A stretch of 64,000 nt of DNA from Vicugna vicugna (taxonomy: Eukaryota): positions 124,001-188,000 of the forward strand of contig MU061547.1 of the NCBI GenBank assembly GCA_013265495.1. Reading direction: 5' to 3'. How positions within the stretch are numbered: position 1 is the stretch's first letter; every line of letters begins with the position of its first letter. This document shows, piece by piece, positions 12,851-25,166 of the stretch. The notes under the pieces are model-generated. The model made no database searches, was not told the origin of the DNA, and was given only the letters and a program-made list of their open reading frames with translations. A program made the position numbers and the translations under genes.

Positions 12851-14519
12851 TTACTGCGACTGTGTGGTGTGCGTGGGGCCCAAAAGGAAGTTAGGGTCTT
12901 GCTGTCAAGGTTTCTGTGGGGCAAGATACAGTCTGCAGATGTGCTGACTGGGTCACACTCTTCGGAATGTGCAACGTATCGGTGTGATGTTTTGTGACCG
13001 TGCCATGTAGCGTGGCACAACTTGGTTTTCACGGTTGCAGGTGGTGGTACATGTACAGAGATACAGAACATTGTCCCTGGAAAACACGGTGGCAACTTTG
13101 CAGCACATTGTGTTCGAGTTTTTACAGTGTCACCCAGGTCTGTTCCCTGGGTTGTAGCACCCCTGGCACGATTTGAGGCAACCTTTGCTGACAGGTGACA
13201 GCGTGGACAGGGCAGGAAGAGGGGCGGGCTGTCCGGTGAGACTGGCTGCGGGAGCGTGAGTTGTCAGTGTGGTGGTCCTCGTCGTCATTAGAACAAGAGA
13301 TGAGACCTTTCACACACACACGTACGTCCCCTAGTCAGTCACGTTCCGGGCCAAGTGAAGGCCCTACTTGTCGCAGATCCAGTCTGATGGCAGTGGCCTC
13401 GGGTGGGTGCTCTGCTCACACTTGCCACAGTCCTCACACCTGCAGGCGTGCAGCCCTGCGTCTTCTTTGCTCAAGGGCTTAAGCTCTCCTGGCTTCAGCT
13501 CTGATTCGTGCTGCACCCGGATTATCCAGTCAGTAACGGTCCCAAGGAGAAGTAAGGGATTGCTGTTCGGAGGGACTGCTGCTAGTGCTTGTCCCCATTC
13601 TGCTCCAATACCCCGGGTTGGCCGTGCTGATCGGCCTGGGCCTGCGAGTCCTGGAGCCAGGGTGCTGGCCGTGCTCAGGCAGACCGTGGAATCTCTTGTT
13701 TCCCCGAGCAGAGGGCGAGGAGTGGCCTGATCCCTGGTCTGGGGACCACTCTAGGGCCTTCTGTGTACTCACTGGAGTTTCAGGTGGCTCTGAGCTGATC
13801 CAGAGACAGCACGTGTACCTGCTGGGTGAGGATGGCTCTGGGGTCGGGCTCCCCACACACTGCCCGCCACCGTCATGACTGCCTGCAGCAAGGACCTCCA
13901 CCCGCGCCACTCTGAGCTCTGGCCTCCATCAGGTCTTGGAAACGGTCACTCCCATGATCGTGGCTTTGCAATGAACCATCCCTGTTGTAGCCTCTTCTTT
14001 CTGTGACATGCAATCAGTCCAGCCCCTATGCAAACCTCTTCCCGCTCTGTCTACACTCTGCTTCAGTCTGTCTTCCAAGCAATTAGCAGGACAGGATGAG
14101 AAAGGAGAGGAAAATCTGGAGCAAGTCCCCAGCGGATGAACACTCGGGTTCGGGGCTGAAGGCCACGTCCCTTCTAGAAACACACGCAGAGTATTTCCTC
14201 TTTTTTTTTTATCTCAATGAACTGGAGGCGGAAATGCCAATGTCAAACCTCTTTTCCTGACAGATGAGCAAACGAGAAAAGAAAACAAGCTTACAGAGAC
14301 CCTGTGACCAGATGGCCAAGTCATGCGGCCACCTCGGAGTGGAGGGGGTGCCGGGGGGCTGGCCTGGCCAGTCAGGGCCAGGGGTGTGGGTGAGGCCTGG
14401 GTGCCGCACCCTCCGCCAGTCCCCTCCCCTCCGCACACAGCTCTCGGCGGTGCAGGCTAGGCATAAGATCGGTTTGTTCAGACTCCACACCGTATGCTAG
14501 AAGGCTTTAATCAGACAGG

Positions 14520-15208
14520 AAATGGGCTCTTGTGGTTGACTCCTGACTACAGCAGGCCACGTGGCTCATCCCCCATATATTGGGAACAAATGAATCACTC
14601 CTTCCAACATTGGCCAAGTTCCACCTGATGTATGGGCCAGACCCTTACTGAGCAGTGCCGACGTCTCCTAATACTGAAGAGCAGTGACTGATTTGCCACT
14701 GATTGGACTCGCCAGTTATAATTTACTGGCAAGCCCTGAATGGAGCTCTCTGGGTCTGCAGGACTAAGCTTTGGTCCTGGCTGCCGCCAGGATGGATGGA
14801 TACGTGCATGGTTTTCCTGGGCACAAGGTCACTGATATGTGACGTTACCAAAAGCAATGGTCACTAGCCTGCCTCATGTCCATACTAGGTGGAGGAGATC
14901 TGTCCTTAAGTGGTATGATTATCTACTCAACTTCTTTGTCCCAAATATAGGATTGGAGAACGTGGCCTTGCACACACAGGCCTTAGCTGACTTCGCACAG
15001 AAAGCCCTGAATGACAGCCAACACAGATATACACTGTTGAACACGGAGGTGTCCCTAATGCGGAAGGTAGTTTTACAGAACCTGATGGTGGTAGACATAG
15101 CAGCTGCTTCTCAGGGAGAAATCTGTGTGGTTATTCACACCAAATTCCCTCATCTCCCTATTCATTGGCCTGTCTTGCGGCGAGCAGAACGAGTGTGGAC
15201 TCGGTAAC
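14520..15208 (+). mobile_element. ERV env remnant (SU end/TM ectodomain) fused to the last ~65 bp of an LTR
   Basis: ORF 14839-15207 has furin-like RWRR/S (14887-14898), a hydrophobic fusion peptide, a heptad region and ISD-like LQNLMVVDIAAASQGEICVVI. 15143-15208 matches the 3' end of the LTR at 31287-31818. Confidence 0.8.
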
Positions 15209-15329
15209 GCCTCTACCGCCCACGGTCAGGATTCCGAGCTGGGTGGGGGGCTGAGGAGGAGCAGAAGGCTCTCAGGCATGGACAGCCTCCGCCACTAAAG
15301 CCATGGTCCAGCCAATGCGAGCCCCTGCT

Positions 15330-15700
15330 GAAATTTACCATCTTAACCACTTCGGGTGCACTTTTCAGGGCCCTGAAGTAATTCACACGGCTGTGCTTCC
15401 ATGACCACCATCCATCTCAGAGCTCTTGAAACTGACAGTCCCCACTGAACACTAACTCCCGGTCCCCCTCCCTCAGGCTTGGTCCCCACCATCCTACTTT
15501 CTGTGTCTATGGATCTGACTACTCTAGGGGCCTCATATGAGTGAAATCAGACACCGCTTGTTCTTTTGTGTCTGGCGTATGTCACTGATCGTAATGTCCG
15601 CAAGTTTCACCCCCGCTGGAGCCTGTGTCAGTTTCCTTCCTTTTTAGGCTGAAACAGATGGGCCGTGTTTTGCTTCTCCATTAATCTGCCAATGGGCACA
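15330..15700 (-). mobile_element. Old L1M 3' end
   Basis: aaatttaccatcttaacc..., ctgtgtctatggatctgactactctagg...atgagtgaaatc is a reverse L1MB/MA-like 3' UTR. Confidence 0.7.
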
Positions 15701-15983
15701 TGTGGCATCTACATTAATTTCTCATGTTTTATAATGTCTATGGAACTTCAGAAAATCCTATGAATCAAAAGCCATTTACCATTAACTTTTTTCTTAAACT
15801 TTTAATTCGAAAATCATTAAAGCTAAGAAAAAGGGAAGAATACATATGATCTTCCCTTGTGTTCAGGAATTAACACTTTATCCCCTGTGTGTGCTGTATG
15901 TGTGCACATGCCTGTGTGCATACATGTGCTGTGTGTGTGCATGGGTGTGCGGGTGCATGTGTGCATTGGCATGCAAACATATT

Positions 15984-16768
15984 AATGGCCATCATTTAAA
16001 AGTCCACAAATGACAAATGCTGGAGAGGGTATGGAGAAAAAGGAACCCTCCTGCACTGCTGGTGGGAATGCAGTTTGGTGTAGCTACTGTGGAAAACAGT
16101 ATGGAGACTTCTCAAAAGACTGAAAATAGACTTAACCTACGATCCAGTAATCCCACTCCTGGGCATATATCCAGAGGGAACCCTAATTCAAAAAGACACC
16201 TGCACCCCAATGTTCATAGCAGCACTATTTACAATAGCCAAGACATGGAAACAACCTAAATGCCCATAGACAGATGACTGGATAAAAAAGTTGTGTATGT
16301 TTATACAATGGAATATTATTCAGCCATAAAAAGACAACATAATGCTATTTGCAGCAACATGGATGTCCTTGGAGAATGTCATTCTAAGTGAAGTAAGCCA
16401 GAAAGAGGAAGAAAAATACCATATGATATCACTCGTATGTGGAATCTAAAAAAAAAAGACGAATGAATTTATATATAAAACAGAAACAAACTCAGACATA
16501 GAATGCAGATTTGTGGTTGCCAGGGGTGAGTGGGGTGGGAAGGGATAAACTGGGAGTTCGAGATTTGTAGATACCGACTGGTATATATAATAGATAAACA
16601 GGTTTATACTGCATAGCACAAGGAAATATATTCAGTATCTTGTATCTCACAGTGAAAAAGAATATGAAAATGAATATATGTCTATTCATGTATGACTGAA
16701 GCATTGTGCTGTCCACCAGAAACTGACACAACATTGTAAACTGACTATACCTCAATTTAAAAAAAAAT
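15984..16768 (+). mobile_element. Young 5'-truncated L1 inserted in a TG-rich low-complexity tract
   Basis: ORF2 C-terminal text (aaatgctggagagggtatggagaaaaaggaaccctcc...), 3' UTR and A-tail; flanked by (TG)-rich DNA at 15886-15975 and 16780-16900. Confidence 0.92.
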
Positions 16769-18089
16769 TAGAATGTTAATGTGCATACATGTGAAATGCA
16801 TGTATATACGTGCGTTCACATTGCTAGTATGTGTATATTTGTGCCTTGCATGTGCACATTAGTGTGTGCCTGTGCACATGTGTGTGCACACCTGTATGTG
16901 TTTGCCAAAACCACATGCAAGTTGATTGCAGGCTGAATTGGGCATCAGATACGTCAGAACACACCTGCTCGAACGGTCCTGCATAGTCATGTAAAGGTCA
17001 CAGATGTCGGGCATTTAAATGGGTAGAGCAGGATGTCTTAACCCAGAGTCTGTCTTCTGGTTGCTGTAACTGTTCCATAATGTCCTTCACACCTGCTTTA
17101 AGCCCCATTGAGGGTCCAGCTTAGGTCCCGTTACATTCAGTCGTCTGCCCTGAGTCCCCTTCAAGCTACAACATTGGGGTTGGAGACCCGGCCAGGGCTG
17201 GGGGCGCCTCTCCTGTTGGTCTGGCCTCCAAGCCCTGAACTTGGTTCCTGTGTTTAGGTCTTTTAGTGCAGCCCAACTCAGATGGGGCCAGTCCCTCTTT
17301 ATTTGGAGGGTCCTGACACCCAGGCAAGGGGGCTCATTCTCCCCAAACTCAACATCGGGAGAGGAGTTGAAAGCCCCCATGGGGTCTCCTTTATGTGAGA
17401 CCCTGTGCTTTTGAAAGAGCAGGCACCATCCTTACAGGGGTTGGGGGGGACCACGGTGGGCAGGAGGGTCACTTTGTGGAGATGGGTGGGTGACCAAGGA
17501 GCCCAGCTGGTGGGTTCTCCACTTGGACAGCTTCTGTGCCCCAACCTCTCCCCCCGTGTTCTTTCCTCAAAGACAGCACAGTGCATATTCTGGATGTCAG
17601 CCCCAGTGCACGAAGTCACCTGGTTGGGTGCTGTAGGAGCCCTCAGCCCTCCCGCGCAGGCTGGTGTCAAGCCGCTCCTGAGTGTGGCGCTGTCGGCTGC
17701 CCCAATCCAGCTCCACCCAGAATCGCCCATGGGGTGGACTGACCGGCTCTCACCACGGGGACCCTGCGGGACTGTCCTGCCCAGGCTCCAGTGCAGCCAC
17801 CTCCTGCCGGGAGCCCAGGGAGTCAGGCCACCTCTTGTGTGTCCTGGCTTACCCGTCGTCCTGACCACGTGGTCAGAGAAATTGGTAAAGTTTTTGTTTT
17901 GCACATTGAAATGTTTAATGACAGAAAGACTTTGTTTCGTTTCCTGATGTGGGAAAGTGTGAAGCCCAGAGATGAATTATTCTCCAAGCAGTGTACATCC
18001 TAGCTTCCACGTGTGGGTGAGCCCCTGTCCAAAGATGAGGGACCCACGAGTAATCTGTGCCCCCCTGGGAGAGCAGCCCTAAGGTAGTG

Positions 18090-18335
18090 TAAACCTGACT
18101 AAGTTCTGTCTACACGGTGGATTTAATCCTCCCCACGTTCTGCGCAGCACATTCATACCTGACCGTGTACTGTCTATTTTGGGGTATTTAGACCTGACCA
18201 TGTGCTGTTGCAACATGTGATCTGACCATGTTCTATTTATAGTGAGAAATTTAGGCCTTACCATCTTTTTCACACCAGGTCCATTCAGACCTGACCGTGT
18301 GCTGTCTACACTGAGCGCGTTTAGACCTAACCACG
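18090..18335. repeat. Degenerate ~34-bp minisatellite
   Basis: Recurring unit tttagacctgaccatgtgctgtcta.. about 7-8 times with divergence. Confidence 0.7.
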
Positions 18336-20149
18336 GCCTTGGGCCTGGGAACCTCTGTGCCTGCGTCTGGATGTCAGAGCTTAGACACCTGGGTCTGGAG
18401 CTGGGGTGAGCTTGTCTGGGTAACGGGGCTCTGCTCTGAATGTGGTTCGCGGCCCTCCCAGGGGGTCCGTGTCAGGGGTCAGTGCTGTGACCGAGGCCTT
18501 AGTCCTTACCCTTGCTGGGTTCACCTCCCCTGGGGCTTGTGGAGACGCCTCAGGTGCTGCCTGGTAATTATTCCAATTCACCAGGCACGGAGAGTGGCGA
18601 GGCAGGTTTACCCGGTGAATTGATTGCTGGGAATGCGGATCTGGGCGTAAGGCTGGGGGTCAGCGTGAGGTTGCCTCTGTGTTGTCCTTCTGGCCGACCA
18701 CCCTCCTTGGCCGGAGGACCTGCCCCCCGTCTCAGCCCTGCTGTCCCGTGGCTTTACCCATCACCTCAGAGGGCGAGGAAAGGGTCTAGCCTGCCAGAAC
18801 CAAGGTAAGGTGTTCACCTTTAGCACAGAAACCTTAGAAACAATGAAAATCATGCAGCACCTGATTGCAAACAGGAGGGGCTTGTGTGGGGAGAGGACCT
18901 CACACTTCTTTCTACAGCCCCAGGGGGGCCCCAGGGACCTGGCTTGTTCCCACATTGAGGGCCCACCCAGCACAGTGATGGTGTCCTGACAAGGGGACGT
19001 GTGACCCCAGGTGCAGGGTCTGGGGACTGTCTGGTCTCACCCCAACTGTATGGGTCATGCTCATGTGCAGGGGGAGACCCCATACATGCTCTTACCTGCA
19101 GTGTCTCGTCCCCTTCGAGATGTCCAGTCTCTGAAGGAGATCGTTGCCCTAAACTGTGGTCCCTTTTCTCTCTTAATCTTGTCATTTTCATATGAGAACA
19201 GGCACCTTTGAACAAGTATTGCTCTGTGTTCTGCTGAGGGACAAATAACCCTTGGCATCATGCTAATACCGTGTCACATCATATATCATATCTACTCCAT
19301 GGGGGCCACTGCTGTCTGAGTCCCCTGAACAGAGCTCAGGTAGCACAGACTAGCCCCCTCGGAACAGTCCCCCATGTGCCACGTGAGGACGCGATGATGG
19401 CCCCCCGAGTTGGGGGATGGTGCTTGGGCCTCGCACATTTGTGATAAAGGGGAGTCGAATTGGAATCTCAATTAATCAGACATTATTCAAAATTTTTATT
19501 TTATTTCTTGTGAAAGAAAAAAACAGCCACACGATATTTACCATCGTCACCATTTTACTGGCATGTTTCCGAGGCATCGGGTGTGTTTCCCTTGCCATGG
19601 AGCTATCACCACCGTCCCTATAAATTTTCATCTTGTAAACCCAAAATTCTGCAACCATGAATGTCTTCACTCGGCACCCGCTCTCCCAGCTCCAGGAGAG
19701 ATGTCCACATTGGTCTCTGAGTTGTGGACTCTGGGTCGCCCACTTGAGGGGTTATCTGCTTCACCACTGTCCGCGCCGGTGCCCCTGGGATGCTGGTGTC
19801 TGCGTGAGGTTCCTGTGGTGCCCTGCTCCCACCTGCTCTTCCTGCCGGCTGGGGAGGGGGCCGCTTGCTGGGTGGTCTCTGCTCCTGCAGCAGGAACGAC
19901 CCTGCAAGGCAGACCTGCAGAGGGTGGGGCCTGCACAGGACACAGCGTCAGGGCAATGGCCAGCACTCAGGCTGCCACATCACCAACATCGTCTTCCCAG
20001 GACCATGCCCAGGATGGGGTGGAGGGTGGCCTGGGACCCCAGAAGCCCTGTTCCTGCCCTGGAGGTTGGAGAGTGCGTCTGTGATGGGCTCCAGATTCCC
20101 CCGGAGTCTCAGCCCTCTCCTGTCTTTGAAGGCATGCAGATGACTTCTG

Positions 20150-20660
20150 CTGATCATTATCCACAACATAGGCCTGGGCCTAACAATGTCAGGGTTCCTT
20201 AATTTAGTCCTAAAGATGGAACAGCTCATGAGTGTCAGACATTTTCAGATGAAACTAATATTCGATTATTATCTCCATGCTGCTCAGTTGTTGATGTCGG
20301 TTAGTCATGATTCTTCTGGTTTGATACCTGGTGTGGGGATTATAGAGAAATCAAAATGTAAATGCTTATAATCTGTGTATTGGTAGCCTTAGTATCATGA
20401 ATGGCAGGTGGTGGCTACATTGAAGGGCGGGTCATTGATTTCATGTATGAAGATTCATAATGATGATAGGACACAAGGTTAGAATGATGGCTGGTAAATG
20501 GTCCCGGTTGTATGTGTATGAGTCAGTTTAGTTGTCAGTATTAGTGAAATACTACAGAGGACTAGAGAATGTATCCAAAAAAATAGGCATATAAGTGTGT
20601 GATCATGAAAATGTAAAAGATCTTCCATAACAGGTGATGTATCTTGGGAGCATAGTTGAC
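20150..20660 (-). pseudogene. COX2: NUMT COX2 remnant (3' end missing)
   Basis: Reverse complement gives ttacattttcatgatcacacactta (LHFHDHTL), actgacaactaaactgactcatac (LTTKLTHT) and tgagctgttccatctttaggacta (WAVPSLGL in mito code). Confidence 0.85.
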
Positions 20661-20679
20661 AGTGATCTTCAGCATTTTT

Positions 20680-20797
20680 GCCTATGATTTAACTTTGAAA
20701 AACTTACATTACTTTTTACTATTATCTCATTTATTGAGACAGACGTATCGGTTATGTTGCTGACTTGACACTGGTTGAAAAGGATTTGATTCCATAG
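20680..20797. pseudogene. NUMT tRNA-Asp (-) and tRNA-Ser(UCN) (+) remnants
   Basis: Position between COX2 and COX1; rc gagataatagtaaaaa...tcaaagttaaatcatagg. Confidence 0.7.
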
Positions 20798-20885
20798 GTA
20801 GGTTCTTCAAATGTAGGATACAGCAGAGGGCATCCGTGTAACCGTTGTAGGTTTATAGTAGTTAGTTTGTCTACTGAGACTTCTT

Positions 20886-22253
20886 TTTCTTCATGCTTTT
20901 TCTTTTTTTAAAATTTTATTTTATTGAGTTATAGTCAGTTTTCAATGTTGTGTCGATTTCCAGTGTAGAGCANNNNNNNNNNNNNNNNNNNNNNNNNNNN
21001 NNNNNNNNNNNNNNNNNNNNNNNNNNNNNNNNNNNNNNNNNNNNNNNNNNNNNNNNNNNNNNNNNNNNNNNNNNNNNNNNNNNNNNNNNNNNNNNNNNNN
21101 NNNNNNNNNNNNNNNNNNNNNNNNNNNNNNNNNNNNNNNNNNNNNNNNNNNNNNNNNNNNNNNNNNNNNNNNNNNNNNNNNNNNNNNNNNNNNNNNNNNN
21201 NNNNNNNNNNNNNNNNNNNNNNNNNNNNNNNNNNNNNNNNNNNNNNNNNNNNNNNNNNNNNNNNNNNNNNNNNNNNNNNNNNNNNNNGATTGATCTCATA
21301 TTTTTCTTTCTCTTTCTGGCTTACTTCACTTAGAATGACATTCTCCAGGAGCATCCATGTTGCTGCAAATGGTGTTATGTTGTCATTTGTATGGCTGAAT
21401 AGTATTCCATTGTATAAATACACCATCTCTTCTTTATCCAGTCATCTGTTGATGGACATTTAGGCTGATTGTGTCGATTTCCAGTGTAGAGCATAATTTT
21501 CCAGTTACACATGAACATGTGTATATTTATTGTCACGTTCTTTTTCGCTGTGAGCTACCACAAGATCTTGTATGTATTTCTCTTTGCTATACAGTATAAT
21601 CTTGTTTAGCTATTCTATGTACACCTGTCAGTATCTACAAGTTTTGAAATCCCGGTCTGTCCCTTCCCACCCACCTCCTCGCTGGCAACCACAAGTTTTG
21701 TATTCTGTTATTCTATGTCCATTAGACTGTTTCTGTTTTGTATTTATTTTCATTTGTCTTTTTCTTTTCTTTCTTTCCTTTTTTTTTTGATTCCACATAT
21801 GATTGATCTCATATGATATTTTTCTTTCTCTTTCTGGCTTACTTCACTTAGAATGACATTCTCCAGGAGCATCCATGTTGCTGCAAATGGTGTTATGTTG
21901 TCATTTGTATGGCTGAATAGTATTCCATTGTATAAATACACCATCTCTTCTTTATCCAGTCATCTGTTGATGGACATTTAGGCTGTTTCCATGTCTTGGC
22001 TATTGTAAATAGTGCTGCTATAAACATTGGGGTGTAGGTGTCTTTTTGAAGTAGGGTTCCTTCTGGATAAATGCCCAGGAGCGGGATTCCTGGATCATAT
22101 GGTAAGTCTATTCCTAGTCTTTTGAGGAATCTCTATACTGTTTTCCACAGTGGCTGCACCAAACTTCATTCCCACCAGCAGTGTAGGAGGGTTCCCTTTT
22201 CTCCATAGCCTCTCCAGCATTTGTCATTTGTAGACTTTTGAATGATGGCCATT
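20886..22253 (-). mobile_element. Young L1 3' fragment inserted in NUMT COX1 (contains an assembly gap)
   Basis: Perfect 12-bp TSD ctgagacttctt at 20874-20885 and 22254-22265; L1 3' UTR/ORF2 text. Confidence 0.92.
20973..21287. other. Assembly gap (N run)
   Basis: N characters. Confidence 1.
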
Positions 22254-23584
22254 CTGAGACTTCTTGTTTAGATACAAATGCTTCTCATATTTCAAAGACT
22301 GTTAGCATTACTGCTGTTAATGAGGTGAACGAGCCTACAGATGAACTATTTCATGTTGTGTATGCATCAGAGTAGTTGGAATAACACCAGGACATCCCTG
22401 AAAGGCCAAGCAATTGATGCGGGAAGAAAATCATATTTACTACCACAAATAGAATTGGGAAGTGACTTTTTGCTTGTGTGCAACCTGAGAATAGTGGAGA
22501 TCAGTGTACCAAGCCTCCTGCAGGAGCAAAGGCTGCTCCAGTGACATCACCTCAGGGACTTGTGCTATTACATAGTATGTATCATGAGCATGATTTCCAG
22601 GGATGACTTAGCTAAGACGACTCCTGTCAAACCACCTACTCTTAAAAGAAAAATAAAGCCCAAGGCTCATAATATAGTGGGAGACCACTTAATACTGCGT
22701 CCGTGCAGATATTTAACCCCATTGTAAACATATGATGGACCCACAGGATAAATCCTGTGAAGCCAGTGGGTGTCACGACTCATCCTATTCCCATATATCT
22801 GAAGGGCTCTCTGTACTAAATAATATGTAACAATATGTGAGATTATTCCAAACTCTGGTAGGGTAAGAATATACATTTCAGGGTAGCCAAAGAATCAAAA
22901 TAGTTGTTGGAATAGAAATGGGTCTTCTGCTGCTGCAAAGTCAAAGAAAATAGTGTTTAGATTTTGATCTATTAACAGTGTGATAATTCTGCCAGCTGGG
23001 ACTGAGACTGATAATTACAGTAATACATTGTTAATAATAATAATGTATTTTTATTAATATATTATGAATAACAAATAATAATGTTTAGTATTGGGATATG
23101 GCTGGTGGTTTTTATATTAAAGATGGCAGTAATAAAATGAATAGCACCAAGAATTGAGGAGAAACCTGCTAAACGTAAGGAGACAGCGTTTAGGTCAACA
23201 GAGGTTCCTGCGTGGGCCAGATACCGGTTAGAGGTGGATGTACAATTCAACCAGTACCAGACCCAGCTTCTACTACTGATGATGTGAGTAGGAGCAAGAA
23301 GGATGGGGGAAGTAGTCAGAAGTTCATATTATTTCCTCAGGGAAATGCTGTATTAGGTGCCCCAATGATGAGTGAGGAAAGTCAGAGTCAGTTTCCGTGT
23401 CCTCCAAACATAATGGGTACAAGTGTTAAGAAAATTATTACAAGTGCATGGGCTGTTATGACTGCATTACTGAGTTGGTCATTTCCAGGTGACACTCTGG
23501 ATTGACCTAGCTCAGCACGGATTAATGGACTGAAGGTGGTGCCCACTATTCTGGCTTAAGCACAAACTAGTAAATATACAGTGC

Positions 23585-23671
23585 ATGACTGGGACCTTGT
23601 ACTGTACACTGGAAATTGACACATTGTAACTGACTATACTTCAATAAAAAATAAATTAAAAATCAAAAAAA
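23585..23671 (+). mobile_element. Very short L1 3' tail inside NUMT COX1
   Basis: gaaattgacacattgtaactgactatacttcaataaaaa with TSD taaatatacagtgc (23571-23584) / taaatacacagtgc (23672-23685). Confidence 0.9.
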
Positions 23672-23732
23672 TAAATACACAGTGCCAGTATATTTGTGAT
23701 TTGTTGAAAATAATCCGCAGGTTATGAACATA

Positions 23733-24077
23733 GGTAAAATGGCCAAGCAAGCATGAGACTCAATCTAAAGACAGACTTTATGCCCTCTTTTTGCCAAGCC
23801 CTGTAGTGAATCAACAAACTGAATTACAAATTCAAGGAAGTAGCTTCAGTTCCACCAGGGATTCTCCTGCTCTTTTTTTTTTTAACTTGATGGCAGGAGA
23901 AATAAATTGCAACCGGTTGACTAGCCCACCAATCTAGTAAGGATTTAGCTTAATTATGTTTGATTTACATTCAGCTGATGTAGGATAGATACTCGCAATC
24001 CTTATTTTCAGGAAGTTAGTACATTACACGTCCTTATGCCTTTGAAAGCTCTTGGTTTATGCTAAGCTAAATGCCTA
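23733..24077. pseudogene. NUMT WANCY tRNA cluster with OriL hairpin
   Basis: Tyr (ggtaaaatggc..), Cys, OriL stem ttctcctgc/gcaggagaa at 23862-23901, internally deleted Asn, Ala (aaggatttagcttaatta..), Trp. Confidence 0.85.
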
Positions 24078-25166
24078 GTTCAGCACTGATCGACTGAGTG
24101 TTATGAGTAGTAACAGTGTGGATATCAAGATTGGTAAGGCTAGTGGGGAGAGTATGTAGTTCAAGTGGTAGAGCACATGCTTAGCACGCACAAGGTCCTG
24201 GGTTCAATCCCCAGCACCTCCTCTAAAAATAAGTAAAACTTAATTACCTCTCCCCCCCAAAAAAAGATTAGGAAGGTTGTTTGTTTTCTATATTTGAGAT
24301 CTCATTTTATGTTTGTGTTGTTTATTGATGAGAACATAGTGATGTGGAGAATATTAAGCACATGTAGAGATCTACATTGAGTAGTGTTCTGAAGGCTCTT
24401 CGAGTTGCTAGAATAATGTAATGGCTTGCTGTTATCTCCTGGATAATCATTCATTCGGGTAAAAACTCTGATAGTGGTGGGAAACCTCCTAATGTAATAT
24501 GATGGTGGGGATAAGGATTGTGAAGAGGTGTTTGATTTCATGTGTGTTAACGATAGTGTTGTGGTCCATGAGCTGGGCATAAACAGTAAGAAGATAGTGT
24601 TATGATGATGTAAATTAGCATGTTTAAGATTGTCAGGGTTGGATTATACATTCTAATAGCTGTTACTCATCCTATGTGGGCAACTGACGGGCAGCTCTAA
24701 TTGTTTTAGTTCGGTATGGTTGAGTCTGCCTCAGCCTCCGATTATGCTATGATTCATAGCATGTTTAGGGTGACGGATGGTGAGGTTTGGTTAAAACTGA
24801 CTGGGGTGCGTGATGTTGTCATGGTAATAGTATCAAGTCTGCTGTTCATAAAATACCTTGTGTAAGTTCAGGCACTCAGAAGTGAAATGGGGAAAGCCCT
24901 AATTTTGTGACAAGGGCTATTGTTACGATGCTGCTGCTGTTGAATTAAAGCTTTTTGTTTGTATATCAGATTAATAAGAATAGCTAATGCAAGTAGTATT
25001 GATGCAGTAGATTATGTTGGGAAATAATTGTTGAATGCTTCTGTAGATCATGGGTTAATTTTTTTTTTCATTAGAATGAGGATGACAGTAACCAGTGTAA
25101 GCCTGTTACTACAAGTATGGTTTCTGAGACAATGGTCAGTAGAATGATAGTAAAAATAGAGTTTAT
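24078..25166 (-). pseudogene. ND2: NUMT ND2 remnant
   Basis: ATA start at 25166 (ataaactct); rc ccatttcacttctgagtgcctgaacttacacaagg (PFHFWVPELTQG in mito code). Confidence 0.88.
24144..24265 (+). mobile_element. tRNA-derived SINE (Vic-1-like) in NUMT ND2
   Basis: ggggagagtatgtagttcaagtggtagagcacatgcttagcacgcacaaggtcctgggttcaatccccagcacctcc plus A-rich tail; diverged TSD aagattggtaagg/aagattaggaagg. Confidence 0.9.

Larger units (their letters stand above)
20800..23731 (-). pseudogene. COX1: NUMT COX1 remnant, interrupted by two L1 insertions
   Basis: Starts ATGTTCATAACC at 23731; [10 protein letters not shown]...[21 protein letters not shown] and YILTLPEFGIISHIVTYY appear in the ORF track. 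Confidence 0.93.

Noticed and set aside
18090..18335. CRISPR-like repeat-spacer array
   Set aside because: Mammalian context, degenerate tandem units without unique spacers, no cas genes
17087..20140. ORFs of 90-200 aa in the GC-rich block
   Set aside because: They overlap on both strands, with no recognisable domain or consistent exon structure
20916..21426. ORFs spanning N runs (also 56536-57279)
   Set aside because: Artefacts of assembly gaps; only CLN6 exon 3 inside the second one is real
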